Source: Nitrospirota bacterium (lineage in GTDB: Bacteria > Nitrospirota > UBA9217). Taken from it: a DNA stretch of 64,000 bases. The stretch is taken from contig CAWJQQ010000001.1 in assembly GCA_963845065.1 (NCBI GenBank), forward strand, positions 1,056,001 to 1,120,000, written 5' to 3'. Positions 41,864 to 51,998 of this stretch are shown here, piece after piece; positions within the stretch are counted from its first letter, which is position 1; each line of letters begins with the position of its first letter. A model generated the notes under the pieces. That model saw only the letters and a program-made list of their open reading frames with translations, ran no database searches and was not told the origin of the DNA. The position numbers and the translations under genes are program-made.

Positions 41864-44241
41864 TAGTCAAGGGCATTGTCCAGGGCGTCGGCTTTAGACC
41901 CTATGTCTACAACCTTGCCAGAGCCCTTGGTCTCAAGGGATATGTAACGAACACCAGCGAGGGCGTTTTTATCGATGTTGAAGGCGTAAAAGTACCAGAT
42001 TTTCTTCAACGTCTTCGCATTGAAGCCCCACCACTTTCCCGGATCACCGATCTCTCAATAACGCCGCAAAATGTGCACGGTTACAGCGATTTTACTATTC
42101 AGAAGAGTCTCGAACAAACTGCAAAACTTCCATTCACGCTCATATCGCCCGATGTATCAATATGCGACGCTTGCCTGCATGAGATGCTTGATCCCACTGA
42201 TCGCCGTTATCTTTATCCATTCATCAACTGCACGAATTGCGGGCCGCGGTACTCAATAACATGTGCAATACCTTATGATAGGCCGAACACCACCATGTCG
42301 AGCTTCGCTCAATGTCCGCTCTGCCGGAAGGAATATGATGATCCGGGAAACCGGAGGTTTCATGCGCAGCCAAACGCATGTCCTACCTGCGGTCCGGAAG
42401 TCGAATTCAAGACTCAGAGTTCCGAGTCAGGAGTAAAAGGAACTGAAGCGATACAAAAAACTGTCGATCTCTTAAAACATGGGGGTATCGTTGCAGTCAA
42501 AGGATTAGGTGGCTTTCATCTTGCCTGTGATGCAACGAATGATGCTGCCGTAAAACGGTTGCGTGAGAAAAAAAGGAAGAGCAATAAACCCTTTGCCGTC
42601 ATGTCCTTTGATATTGAATACATAGAACAATTTAGTTTCCTTTCAAACAGAGAAAGAGAAGTTTTGCTGTCGATCCGGCGACCTATTGTCCTGTTACGCA
42701 AAAAGGACGATGGGTGCCTTTCCGCTAGTGTAGCACCGAATAATAAATATTTGGGGACCATGTTACCATACACACCATTGCATTACCTGCTTTTCTCCCA
42801 ACCATCCAGGGTTCAATCGGTCATTGATAAACCGCATTTTCTCGCCTTGGTCATGACGAGCGGTAACCTGTCCGAAGAACCGATAGTACGGGATAACACC
42901 GAAGCGCTACGCAAGCTGTCCGATATTGTAGATGGGTTCCTTGTTCACAATAGGAACATTTTCATGAGACTCGATGATTCAGTCGTCCGAGTGCGAAACG
43001 CGGCGTGCGCCGTTCGTAGTGATACTAACCGGGGATCCCGAGCTCAGAGCACGGAGCTAATGTTTATTCGTCGTTCCCGTGGATATGCGCCTGATCCCAT
43101 AGCACTTCACGATGACGGGCCCGAGGTACTCGGCTGCGGTGCTGACCTGAAAAATACTTTCACTTTGACGAAAGGTAAGTTTGCCGTTCCAAGTCAGCAT
43201 ATAGGGGACATGGAAAACTTTGAGACTTTAAATTTTTATGAAGAATGCTTGTCGAACCTAAAAGCTGTTTACCGGGCTGCACCAAAAGCTATCGTCCATG
43301 ATCTGCATCCAGGTTATCTCTCAACTCGGTGGGCAGAGGAACAAGTAACGTCTAAAAAGGGGCAGGGGACAAGAGAGTCAGAACTGAAGCTATTTGCCAT
43401 TCAACACCATTATGCTCATATTGGATCTGTAATGGCTGAGCACGGTTTGACACAAAAAGTAATCGGCGTTGCTTTTGACGGAACCGGCTTTGGCACTGAT
43501 GGTAATCTCTGGGGAGGAGAGTTTCTCATCGCTGATATCGATGGCTTCGAAAGGGAAGGACATTTTAGTTATATCGCTCTCCCTGGAGGTGAATCGGCAA
43601 TAAAAGAACCCTGGAAGACTGCAGTGAGTTTTGTTATGGCTGCTGCGGATGACAAAACCCGGAAGTATCTTCAACGAGCTGGGTTTTATCAGAAATACGG
43701 AGAAGCAAACATTGAGCAGGTCATGCTAGTCGCCCGCTCTCGCGAATTTTCTCCACTCTCGTCAGGCGCAGGAAGACTATTCGATGCGGTTTCTGCCTTG
43801 ATTGGCGTCTGCGACCGGAATACCTTCGAAGGTGAAGCGGCCATGGCCCTTGAGTCATTGACTCAAAAGGGGATCGAAAACGAATATGCCGTTGAGTTCA
43901 AATCGAAGAATGGACAAACTATCATAGACTACTCTCCGATATTTGTAAGGATAATCGATGACTTGGACCAGAATGTCGCGAAAGAAATAATCGCGACAAA
44001 GTTTCATAATACTGTTGCGTCCGTTGTTTGTTCTATGGTCAGGCATATGCATAAAAAGACCGAAATTAACGTAGTGGCTTTGAGCGGTGGTACGTTTCAG
44101 AACCATTATCTTTTGGATAGGCTAACGTCAGTGCTGAACCAGGACGGTCTTACAATCGTGACGAATCAAAACGTTCCTTGTAACGATGCTTGCATCTCTC
44201 TTGGTCAGGCGTATCTAGTCAGGGAACGGCTCAAAAAATAA
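41842..44241 (+). CDS. hypF: Carbamoyltransferase HypF
   Basis: GIVQGVGFRP, CTNCGPRY, RRFHAQ, QHHYAH, DGTGFG. Confidence 0.97.
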   Translation: MAERAQIVVKGIVQGVGFRPYVYNLARALGLKGYVTNTSEGVFIDVEGVKVPDFLQRLRIEAPPLSRITDLSITPQNVHGYSDFTIQKSLEQTAKLPFTLISPDVSICDACLHEMLDPTDRRYLYPFINCTNCGPRYSITCAIPYDRPNTTMSSFAQCPLCRKEYDDPGNRRFHAQPNACPTCGPEVEFKTQSSESGVKGTEAIQKTVDLLKHGGIVAVKGLGGFHLACDATNDAAVKRLREKKRKSNKPFAVMSFDIEYIEQFSFLSNREREVLLSIRRPIVLLRKKDDGCLSASVAPNNKYLGTMLPYTPLHYLLFSQPSRVQSVIDKPHFLALVMTSGNLSEEPIVRDNTEALRKLSDIVDGFLVHNRNIFMRLDDSVVRVRNAACAVRSDTNRGSRAQSTELMFIRRSRGYAPDPIALHDDGPEVLGCGADLKNTFTLTKGKFAVPSQHIGDMENFETLNFYEECLSNLKAVYRAAPKAIVHDLHPGYLSTRWAEEQVTSKKGQGTRESELKLFAIQHHYAHIGSVMAEHGLTQKVIGVAFDGTGFGTDGNLWGGEFLIADIDGFEREGHFSYIALPGGESAIKEPWKTAVSFVMAAADDKTRKYLQRAGFYQKYGEANIEQVMLVARSREFSPLSSGAGRLFDAVSALIGVCDRNTFEGEAAMALESLTQKGIENEYAVEFKSKNGQTIIDYSPIFVRIIDDLDQNVAKEIIATKFHNTVASVVCSMVRHMHKKTEINVVALSGGTFQNHYLLDRLTSVLNQDGLTIVTNQNVPCNDACISLGQAYLVRERLKK

Positions 44242-44299
44242 TTTCCCTCATTTTATCACTCTTACCAAGAACACTCCATCCAAGCGACGTATTGGTTGT

Positions 44300-44975
44300 G
44301 GATGAATTGGTTGGCTTTAATCCCGGCGCCTAATAATAAAATGTTACTGGAGGAGACCTGTGTCTTTGGGTCAGGTTTTAGTGATTGAAGATCCTTTTCA
44401 GCTACTCCTCCATGGTGTTTCTGAGATCAAAACGGTTCAAAGTCTTTTAGTGATCCTTGAGTGATTGCTTGATCTTTGCAAAGATTTAAGGAACCGAATT
44501 CAAGAACCATGCCGTTGAGTGCTCATTGGTTCCCCGTTCCCATGAAGAGTAGGGATGAGCGAAGTAACGCCGGATGCCAAGTCTTCTCGTGAGTTTTTCA
44601 TGCTTGGCATTCTCTGTTCCGTTAGCCAGAGTGAGCGTCCTTCTGGCTTTTAAAGGAAGACACCGAAACCGTTTGAGAACTGCCTTATTGGTCTCAGAAG
44701 CACTCTTCCGATCGATCTTAGTCAGAAGCAGGAGCCGACTCTTGCGTTCGGTCAAGCTGTTTAGGGTTGCCTTGCTTTTGCGAGAAATTAAACTGTCGTC
44801 CTCCCAGTGACCGTACTGCCGGCGACGCTCAACAGCCTCCGGTCTGGTATCGATTGGAATTCTATTGGGAATCTTGGTTTTGCGCTCTTTTCTCCCGATA
44901 CCTAGGTCGCCGTTTTCGGTGCCCTCGAATTAATCGGGCAATCATCTCCCCACGATGTGGTGTCTGGGGGTGATA
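44300..44975 (-). pseudogene. IS30-family transposase relic; limits approximate
   Basis: GHWEDD..LTERKSR, TL.NGTE, YFAHPYSSWERGTNE; frameshifted, catalytic Asp lost. Confidence 0.8.
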
Positions 44976-45088
44976 AATATACTGATAAATTGCTTCATGA
45001 CCAAAAGCCTTTCAACTCCGCAAGCCCCTGGCTTTATACATGGGTATAGGAGTTGTATTATACAACTATTTGCTGTATAATATGCTGT

Positions 45089-45493
45089 ATGATTGATATA
45101 AAGACGTATAAGTCCAATAATAATGTAGTTTACAGCTGTAAATATCATGTTGTGTGGTGTCCTAAGTACCGGAAGAGCGTGTTGACCGGCAGTATCGCCG
45201 GACGGTTGAAAGCAATTATCAGGGATGTGGTTTCCGAAAGAAAATCTGAAATTATTGAGATGGAGATAATGCCGGATCACGTACATTTAATTGTAGAGGT
45301 TGGTCCGCAGTATGGCATTCATCGGCTAGTCAAGCAGATAAAGGGCAGAAGCTCCAGACTGCTTCGTTCAGAATTCAAGGTTCTCCGGACCCGGATTCCA
45401 ACACTTTGGACCAACAGCTACTTTGTTTCTACCGTTGGTGGGGCGCCGTTGGCAGTTATCAAACAGTATATTGAACACCAGAAAGTTGTTTAA
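45089..45493 (+). CDS. tnpA: IS200-type Y1 HUH transposase
   Basis: YHVVWCPKYR, DHVH, LWTNSYF, YIEHQ. Confidence 0.96.
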   Translation: MIDIKTYKSNNNVVYSCKYHVVWCPKYRKSVLTGSIAGRLKAIIRDVVSERKSEIIEMEIMPDHVHLIVEVGPQYGIHRLVKQIKGRSSRLLRSEFKVLRTRIPTLWTNSYFVSTVGGAPLAVIKQYIEHQKVV

Positions 45494-45505
45494 TCAGGGA
45501 GTTGT

Positions 45506-47023
45506 ATGGAAAAGAAAACAACACCATCGTTTATCCATGAATTGTCTCTTCTGGTCAGTACATCTCAGGAGAAGATACTCCTCATGCGCATGGACGTGGC
45601 CCGGCAACTTTACAATGCCTGTCTCGGCGAATCTCTCAAACGCCTGGATCTCATGCGGGAATCCAAGCAATATCAAAAGGCACGCATTATACCCTATAAG
45701 GATAAGGGATTGCGTTCCGATGCATTTAAGGATGTGAATGAGAAGTTCGGTTTTTCAGCATACAGCTTGCACAAGTATGCTGGCGCGGCAAAGAACGCCT
45801 GCCACATCGGTGATCACCTGGATGTTCATACCGTCCAGAAAATCGCCACCCGAGCGTTTGATGCTGTCCAAAAATATGCGTTCAATAAAAGAGGTAGACC
45901 AAGGTTCAAAGGCAAGCATCAACTCTTAAGTTTTGAATCCAAGAGCAACGCCGCTGGCATACGTTTCCGCACAGACGAAAAGCAAAGCCGTATCGAGTGG
46001 ATTGGTCTTGAACTGCCCTGCTTATTCGACAAAAAAGACAAGCATGGCGTGCAGGCCCACGCCCTTTCCTGTAGGACAAAATATGTAAGGCTGGTCTGCA
46101 GGCGGATGCGCAGTAAAAACTACTTCTACGCCCAGCTAGTGCAGGAAGGGCTGCCGAAGCAGAAAACCAAAAACATCATCTCTGATGGTACAATCGCCCT
46201 GGATCTCGGCCCGTCTACGTATGCTATTTATACTCATGGCTACGCCGATCTTCAGCAGTTTTGTAAAGAGCTGGAACCGCTCGAAAAGACCATTAAACGA
46301 TTGCAACGGGCGCTCGATCGGTCACGAAGGGCCACAAACTCTGGGAATTATAACGCCGATGGCACAGTTAAAAAGGGTGCCAAGACTTGGACCAATTCAA
46401 AGAACTATCAGACGATACGGACCGCAGTATCAGAACTTCACCGGAAACAAGCCGCGCAGAGAAAATCTCTTCATGGCAAGCTAACCAATGAAGTTTTAAC
46501 ACTGGGAAATCACATTAATATTGAAACACTAAGCTACAAATCATTGCAGCATAATTTTGGTAAAAGCGTGGGCTTAAGGGCACCGGGAACCTTTGTATCA
46601 ATGCTTTCTCGCAAGGCTGAGAGTGCCGGCGGAAAAGTGATTGAACTCCCGACTCGAAAACTCAGGCTGTCTCAAACCTGCCATTGCGGAACAGTAAAGA
46701 AAAAACCGCTCTCGCAGCGGCAACATGTTTGTGAATGCGGAGTAGCAGCCCAACGGGACCTCTATTCCGCATATCTTGCGTATCACGTTCAAGATGGTGT
46801 TCTCGATACGGCTGAGGCAAGTAGATACTGGCCGGGTGCGGAACCGCTCCTTAAACAGGCGGTATCGAGATTGCAGCAACAATCTGCGAATGTGAGGAGT
46901 GCTTTCCCTTACAGCTTCGGTCTCAAACAACGTACTCGTTTGGGCCGGAGACAGAGCGGATCGCCTGTGAAAGAAGAACATGCCAAGATCGATGTCCGGG
47001 AAGTTGTAGCTGCTGGCATTTAA
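45506..47023 (+). CDS. tnpB: TnpB RNA-guided endonuclease (505 aa)
   Basis: ALDLGP, NIETL, QRDLYSA, CHC/CEC. Confidence 0.93.
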   Translation: MEKKTTPSFIHELSLLVSTSQEKILLMRMDVARQLYNACLGESLKRLDLMRESKQYQKARIIPYKDKGLRSDAFKDVNEKFGFSAYSLHKYAGAAKNACHIGDHLDVHTVQKIATRAFDAVQKYAFNKRGRPRFKGKHQLLSFESKSNAAGIRFRTDEKQSRIEWIGLELPCLFDKKDKHGVQAHALSCRTKYVRLVCRRMRSKNYFYAQLVQEGLPKQKTKNIISDGTIALDLGPSTYAIYTHGYADLQQFCKELEPLEKTIKRLQRALDRSRRATNSGNYNADGTVKKGAKTWTNSKNYQTIRTAVSELHRKQAAQRKSLHGKLTNEVLTLGNHINIETLSYKSLQHNFGKSVGLRAPGTFVSMLSRKAESAGGKVIELPTRKLRLSQTCHCGTVKKKPLSQRQHVCECGVAAQRDLYSAYLAYHVQDGVLDTAEASRYWPGAEPLLKQAVSRLQQQSANVRSAFPYSFGLKQRTRLGRRQSGSPVKEEHAKIDVREVVAAGI

Positions 47024-47148
47024 GGTAGTGAAAGGTTGTAGCGGCTGGCCTTTGCAGTCGTGAGAGCCCGGAAGAGTAATTGGATAAGGTTTTCAGAACC
47101 CCCTGGCTTCTGTCATGGGGAGGTTCAGGGGATATACAGTAGATTTGA
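46905..47148 (+). ncRNA. Predicted TnpB omegaRNA/reRNA
   Basis: Conserved with 27580-27802; ends at TCAG 47128, then guide; 5' limit uncertain. Confidence 0.65.
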
Positions 47149-47195
47149 TATAAAAGCGCAGAGCGTATAGTGTATAATGGGACACGGGAGAGAAA

Positions 47196-47405
47196 ATGCC
47201 TGATATTCAAGACATGATCGGGAAAAAAGTCGAAGTTTCCGCAAACGGAATAATCTATAGCGGAGAGTTGATTGAGGTTTCGGATACCGAAGTATATCTT
47301 AAGGGGTCGATGCAGTGGCTTTCACTGCCGGCATCAGCCGTAAGCGAGATACGGCTGGCAGAATCCGAAAAGTCGAAAAATAAAGTATCTATTGAACCGA
47401 AATAA
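47196..47405 (+). CDS. Small hypothetical protein, possibly Sm/LSm-like fold
   Basis: GGGAG RBS; IGKKVEV...YSGELIEV...VYL beta pattern. Confidence 0.7.
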   Translation: MPDIQDMIGKKVEVSANGIIYSGELIEVSDTEVYLKGSMQWLSLPASAVSEIRLAESEKSKNKVSIEPK

Positions 47406-47762
47406 AACAAACACGTGTGAAGCAATCCGCAGACATTCGCTATCTGACTCCGTTTCATTTCCGCTATTTATTTTATTATGCGTTGTTTGGTTTCTGATAT
47501 ATCTGCTGAGGAGCATTTAATTGAAATCTGAAGAGCACCTAAAAGCAATCTTAGATAGAATATAGCACAGTGGTGTTTTTTAGTGACAGCAGGCATCAGT
47601 TCCATGTCTCTATTCGGGTGGGATACCCGGTTTACTCATTTTCACGTGTATAAGCGGGAATTACACATTTAGGCACGGAGAATTCTTAGTAAAAGGTTTT
47701 TTTGAAAAGCATTGTTCAACAGCACGCTTTCTTTATCAAATAGTGCCGTAAAATCCCTGGTT

Positions 47763-49139
47763 TTAGCCATGGGGCGTGTCAAATGCCGTTTCTATCCTGA
47801 GCTTTTTCAGTTTTCGGTACAACGTCGCAAGGTCGATCCCTAGTTTGCCAGCAACGGTTTCCTTGTTCCCCTTGTTTTCCGACATACTTCTTCTGATATA
47901 CTCACGCTCGAATTCATCAAGTGCATGTCTAAGCGAGGATGTGGAAACTCCTTCAATGTCCAGTATTCTGAATTTGTCTGGCAGGTCGTGTATGGTGATT
48001 ACTCCCCCATCCGCGAGCACTGTCGCCCGTTCAATGGTGTTCCGCAACTCGCGTACATTTCCCGGCCAGTCGTAGGCGAGCAAGGCCTGCATGGCTTCAT
48101 AATCGATGTCCTTGATATTTTTTCCCGATTCTTTAGCAAAGATTGCCAGATAATGTTTGATCAGTACAGGGATGTCGTCACGACGCTCGCGCAGGGCAGG
48201 CATCCTGATCTCGATAACGTTCAAACGGTAGTAGAGGTCCTCCCGAAACCGGCCTTCTTTGACGCGCTGCATGAGATCGGCATTTGTGGCTGCTATAATC
48301 CTCACATCGACTGCGATGACTCGGGTATCCCCAACTGGCATCAATTCTTTCGTCTGGATAACGTGGAGCAGCTTGACCTGCAGAGCTTGCGGCAGCTCGC
48401 CGATCTCGTCGAGAAAAAGTGTGCCGCTGGACGCCATAGTAATGAGACCTTTTTTGTCCTCGTTGGCAGAGGTGAAGGCACCTTTTTTGTGGCCAAACAG
48501 TTCACTTTCGAGCAGGTTCTCAGGGATGGCACCGCAATTGATGGAAATAAAGGGTTTACCTTTTCTCGGCCCGGACTCATGGATTGCCTGGGCCACTAGA
48601 CCCTTGCCAGTCCCGCTTTCTCCCGTGATCAGAATGTTGCTCTTGTTCGGGATCACCTTTTCCATGAACGTAAAGACTTTCTGCAATGGCTCGGAATTGC
48701 CGATGATGTTCGCGAATCCCTCACGCCGCTGGCTCAGCTCCTGTCGTAAAATCTGGTTTTCCATCTGAAGTGCACGACTTTGGATAATACGCTTGATCGT
48801 CATCCTTATTTCGTCATTGATGAAGGGCTTAGTGATGTAATCTACGGCCCCGGAACGCATTGCTTCAACTGCCGAGCCTACTGATGCAAAAGCAGTCATC
48901 ATGATCACCGAGGTTTCTGGGCAAATCTTCTGCGATTGTTTGAGGACCTCGAAACCGTCCATCTTCTCCATCTTGATATCCGTCATTATGATATCGAAAT
49001 TTTCCTTCTTGATAAATTCGATGGCCTGTTCACCGTTGTATGCCTCTTTGACGACATACCCTTCCTTTGTAAGCAGGATGTTCAAGGCTAGACAGATATC
49101 TTTTTCATCATCAACGACTAAAATGCTCGGTTTTTCCAT
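47763..49139 (-). CDS. Sigma54-dependent response regulator (NtrC family)
   Basis: REC domain, GESGTGK, ESELFGH.KGAFTSA, WPGNVREL, HTH. Confidence 0.96.
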   Translation of the reverse strand: MEKPSILVVDDEKDICLALNILLTKEGYVVKEAYNGEQAIEFIKKENFDIIMTDIKMEKMDGFEVLKQSQKICPETSVIMMTAFASVGSAVEAMRSGAVDYITKPFINDEIRMTIKRIIQSRALQMENQILRQELSQRREGFANIIGNSEPLQKVFTFMEKVIPNKSNILITGESGTGKGLVAQAIHESGPRKGKPFISINCGAIPENLLESELFGHKKGAFTSANEDKKGLITMASSGTLFLDEIGELPQALQVKLLHVIQTKELMPVGDTRVIAVDVRIIAATNADLMQRVKEGRFREDLYYRLNVIEIRMPALRERRDDIPVLIKHYLAIFAKESGKNIKDIDYEAMQALLAYDWPGNVRELRNTIERATVLADGGVITIHDLPDKFRILDIEGVSTSSLRHALDEFEREYIRRSMSENKGNKETVAGKLGIDLATLYRKLKKLRIETAFDTPHG

Positions 49140-49151
49140 GGAAACCACTCC

Positions 49152-51395
49152 TTATGTTTGTCCATTTTCGATCGGAAGGAGGATCGTAAATATCGTTTTT
49201 TTCCCAACTTCACTTTCCACGTGGATGTCACCTTTAAAGCGCTTGAGGATTTCGTAACTTAGGGAGAGGCCAAGGCCTGTTCCTTTGCCTGCTTCCTTGG
49301 TCGTGAAAAAGGGATCAAAGATCTTCTGAAGCTCGCTCTGTGGGATCCCCATCCCAGTGTCTGCAATGGTTATGCTTATAGCTGCCTTGTTATGATCATC
49401 CTTCCCGAGCCGGGACTCGACCTTTAATTCGCCCCCGTTTGGCATGGCATCAAAGGCATTGAGAATAATGTTAATGAAAACCTGTGCCATCTGGCCTTCA
49501 TCGATCATGATCTTAGGTAGATCAGGATCGAGGCACACCTTGATTACGACTGAGCTCTTCAGACGCTTATCGAGCCGCATCAGGTCTAATGTTGAATTTA
49601 GGACATTGTTCAACTGAACCTCTCTGATATTCAGTGCATCCACGCGAGCAAACGTTGCCATGCGGCGAACAATGTCGGTGATTCGCTGGATATGGGTATT
49701 TATTACGTCCAGGCTATTCTGCGTAAATTCATCCTGTGTCGTCTCCCTCAACAACTGGGCAAATGTTGAAATTGAGGTAAGGGGATTTCCGATCTCGTGG
49801 GCCACTCCTGCAGCAAGCCTACCCAGTGCGGCGAGCTTCTCGGAATGGAGCACCTGCTGCTCAAGTTTCTTTGTAGTGGCCGTTCCTTTGTCGACTTTAT
49901 CTTCGAGTTCGACAGTATACTTTTTAAGTGCTTCTTCAAGCTGTACCCGTTTTGTCACGTTACTGCTCGTTATCAGGATGCCAGGGTCTTTACCGTCGAT
50001 AAGGAGCGGATTAATGTTCATAGTGAGAAAAACGGGTGAGTCCTGCCAGCACGTTATTTTATAGTCCCTAAGTTCAAAACTCTTGCCTTCAAGCGTTCTA
50101 TGCAGAATCTCTTCTACGGGGACGCCATTATAGGGCAGGATTTGATCAGTAAATAGCGAGAAAAAAGATTTGCCGATTACCTGTTCCTTCGAACAGCCGC
50201 AGGTCTGCGCCTGAGCGGTGTTGACCGTTTTGACAGACAGATCCTTGTCCAAGACCATAAGATTCGTTTTGGTATTTTCAATGATGTTCTCAAGGTACTC
50301 TTTTGCAATAACAATCTCCTGCTCCAAACGACGATGGTCCTCGAGATGTTTCTCCTTCTCCTCCGCCATGATCTTCTTTTTGTTGGCAACAATGGTGGCT
50401 CCGGAAGCAACGAGTGTCGTTATAAAGATTGAAGTGATCAGCAGTGTGTAAAAAAGCCTGCTTTGTCTCATGAGTGCCATGACATCTGAGTAAGGCGCAG
50501 AGACCACGACGATCCACGACTTGTGCAAAATTGGCAGTTTGTAGAACGCTGCGAGTTTGTTCTCACCACCTGGTGCTACGTAATAGCCAAAAGTCTCTTC
50601 CTTGCCTTCGATCATTTTTTTTTCGGTATTGAATGACAAGTGACACTTGAAACAGGACTTGTCGGAATGGTAAAGATTTTTGCCTACCATCTGAGGCTGG
50701 GTGGGATGGTAGAGCAGGGTACCGTCACTGTCCATCATCCAGGCATACCCGCCTCGTCCGGACTTAATGGGAGCTAGAAAGTGCGAGGTGAGACCGTCCA
50801 TCGAGAGCGTGGCAAGTACGACCCCGTTGAATTCCTGCATAGCTGGATTTCCCTGAGTCTTATAAATCGGAACCGCAATGATAAACTGTTTCGTATCCGC
50901 GCCTTTTTCATGAGTCTCAAGAAGGTCGGTAATGAGTTTATCATTCTTCGGAAGGATTCGCGCCCTTTTAAAGTAATCAGTTTTCGACAGGTCCGCTCGT
51001 TTTCTGCTGGGATAGGCGCTATCATAACGAATAATGCCGTTCTTGTCGAGAACGCGGATAGTAACGAGCGCTTCATCCTGGAGGCTAAACGTAATTGCAT
51101 TGACCGCGGAACGGACCCGTTGATCCTCTTCGATTCGATCTATCTCCGGCAGCTGAGAGATCGCACGCATGGTTTTGGATACGTGATCGGTAAAACTCTT
51201 TATATTCAGGGCCACTTCACGCGCCAGCAATAACTGCTGTTTGTTGAATTGTTCCGCCATTTCCGATTGTAGCGACTGATGAAAAAATTGTCCGAGTACG
51301 ATGATGAGCGAGAGAACGACGATGAGGGCTAAAACCAACCCCGTGGGAGAAAGGAGTTTTTTTTGCTTGAGCGCACTGATGAAACGTTGAAACAT
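49152..51395 (-). CDS. Sensor histidine kinase (Cache with CxxCH, PAS, HisKA, HATPase)
   Basis: Two TMs flanking a Cache-like region (GYAWMMDSDG.LLYHP) containing CFKCH; AHEIGNPL; DPFFTTK..GTGLGL. Confidence 0.94.
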   Translation of the reverse strand: MFQRFISALKQKKLLSPTGLVLALIVVLSLIIVLGQFFHQSLQSEMAEQFNKQQLLLAREVALNIKSFTDHVSKTMRAISQLPEIDRIEEDQRVRSAVNAITFSLQDEALVTIRVLDKNGIIRYDSAYPSRKRADLSKTDYFKRARILPKNDKLITDLLETHEKGADTKQFIIAVPIYKTQGNPAMQEFNGVVLATLSMDGLTSHFLAPIKSGRGGYAWMMDSDGTLLYHPTQPQMVGKNLYHSDKSCFKCHLSFNTEKKMIEGKEETFGYYVAPGGENKLAAFYKLPILHKSWIVVVSAPYSDVMALMRQSRLFYTLLITSIFITTLVASGATIVANKKKIMAEEKEKHLEDHRRLEQEIVIAKEYLENIIENTKTNLMVLDKDLSVKTVNTAQAQTCGCSKEQVIGKSFFSLFTDQILPYNGVPVEEILHRTLEGKSFELRDYKITCWQDSPVFLTMNINPLLIDGKDPGILITSSNVTKRVQLEEALKKYTVELEDKVDKGTATTKKLEQQVLHSEKLAALGRLAAGVAHEIGNPLTSISTFAQLLRETTQDEFTQNSLDVINTHIQRITDIVRRMATFARVDALNIREVQLNNVLNSTLDLMRLDKRLKSSVVIKVCLDPDLPKIMIDEGQMAQVFINIILNAFDAMPNGGELKVESRLGKDDHNKAAISITIADTGMGIPQSELQKIFDPFFTTKEAGKGTGLGLSLSYEILKRFKGDIHVESEVGKKTIFTILLPIENGQT

Positions 51396-51998
51396 GTTTT
51401 AATTTACTGCGAAAACAGGAAGGAAGTCAAGGAGGAAAAGACGCAGTTAGGAAAGAAGCCGTTTCGATTCAAGAACAAGCTGTTCAGCTCGATACCACTC
51501 CTGATCTAACTCTGTGTCACGTTATTTGTGTAATGAACTGGCCCCAGCAATTGAATCCCTTGATGACTTTACCTGCTCTTGTTTTCCTTGCGGCTCCACC
51601 AAAATCCTGACGCGGAAATATCTGTAGAATCTGTCAGGAAATACTGTTAAACTGTTCACGAAGATGTCCTCCTTCAAGAAAAGTGGTCTTAGGCAAATCT
51701 ACTCTACCTGAATGAGGTTTTCCCTGCAATTACTCTAATCTTATCGTGGATGGGTCTGCTTCTGACCGAAAGAGTACTCGCAAGCATGGAGCGTAGTAAA
51801 TGCAACTAGCGGATGCCTACAGGTTTACTATCTTCGAATCCCTATTTTGCAGGACCGCAGGCACAGCACAAATAATTTTTATAGGTAGTAATAGTGTTCT
51901 ATATAAATTATACTATATAGTAGTTGAAAAGAGGGATCATAGCGCGCGCAGAAGGAAATTAATTCAGGATCGTTCACTCTAGAAAGGAAGAATTCCTT

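Larger units (their letters stand above)
45012..47128 (+). mobile_element. IS200/IS605-family element (tnpA+tnpB); left boundary approximate
   Basis: LE CAACTCC..CCCCTGGCTTTATACATGGG..GGAGTTG; RE hairpin ending TCAG; paralog of 25697-27802. Confidence 0.92.
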
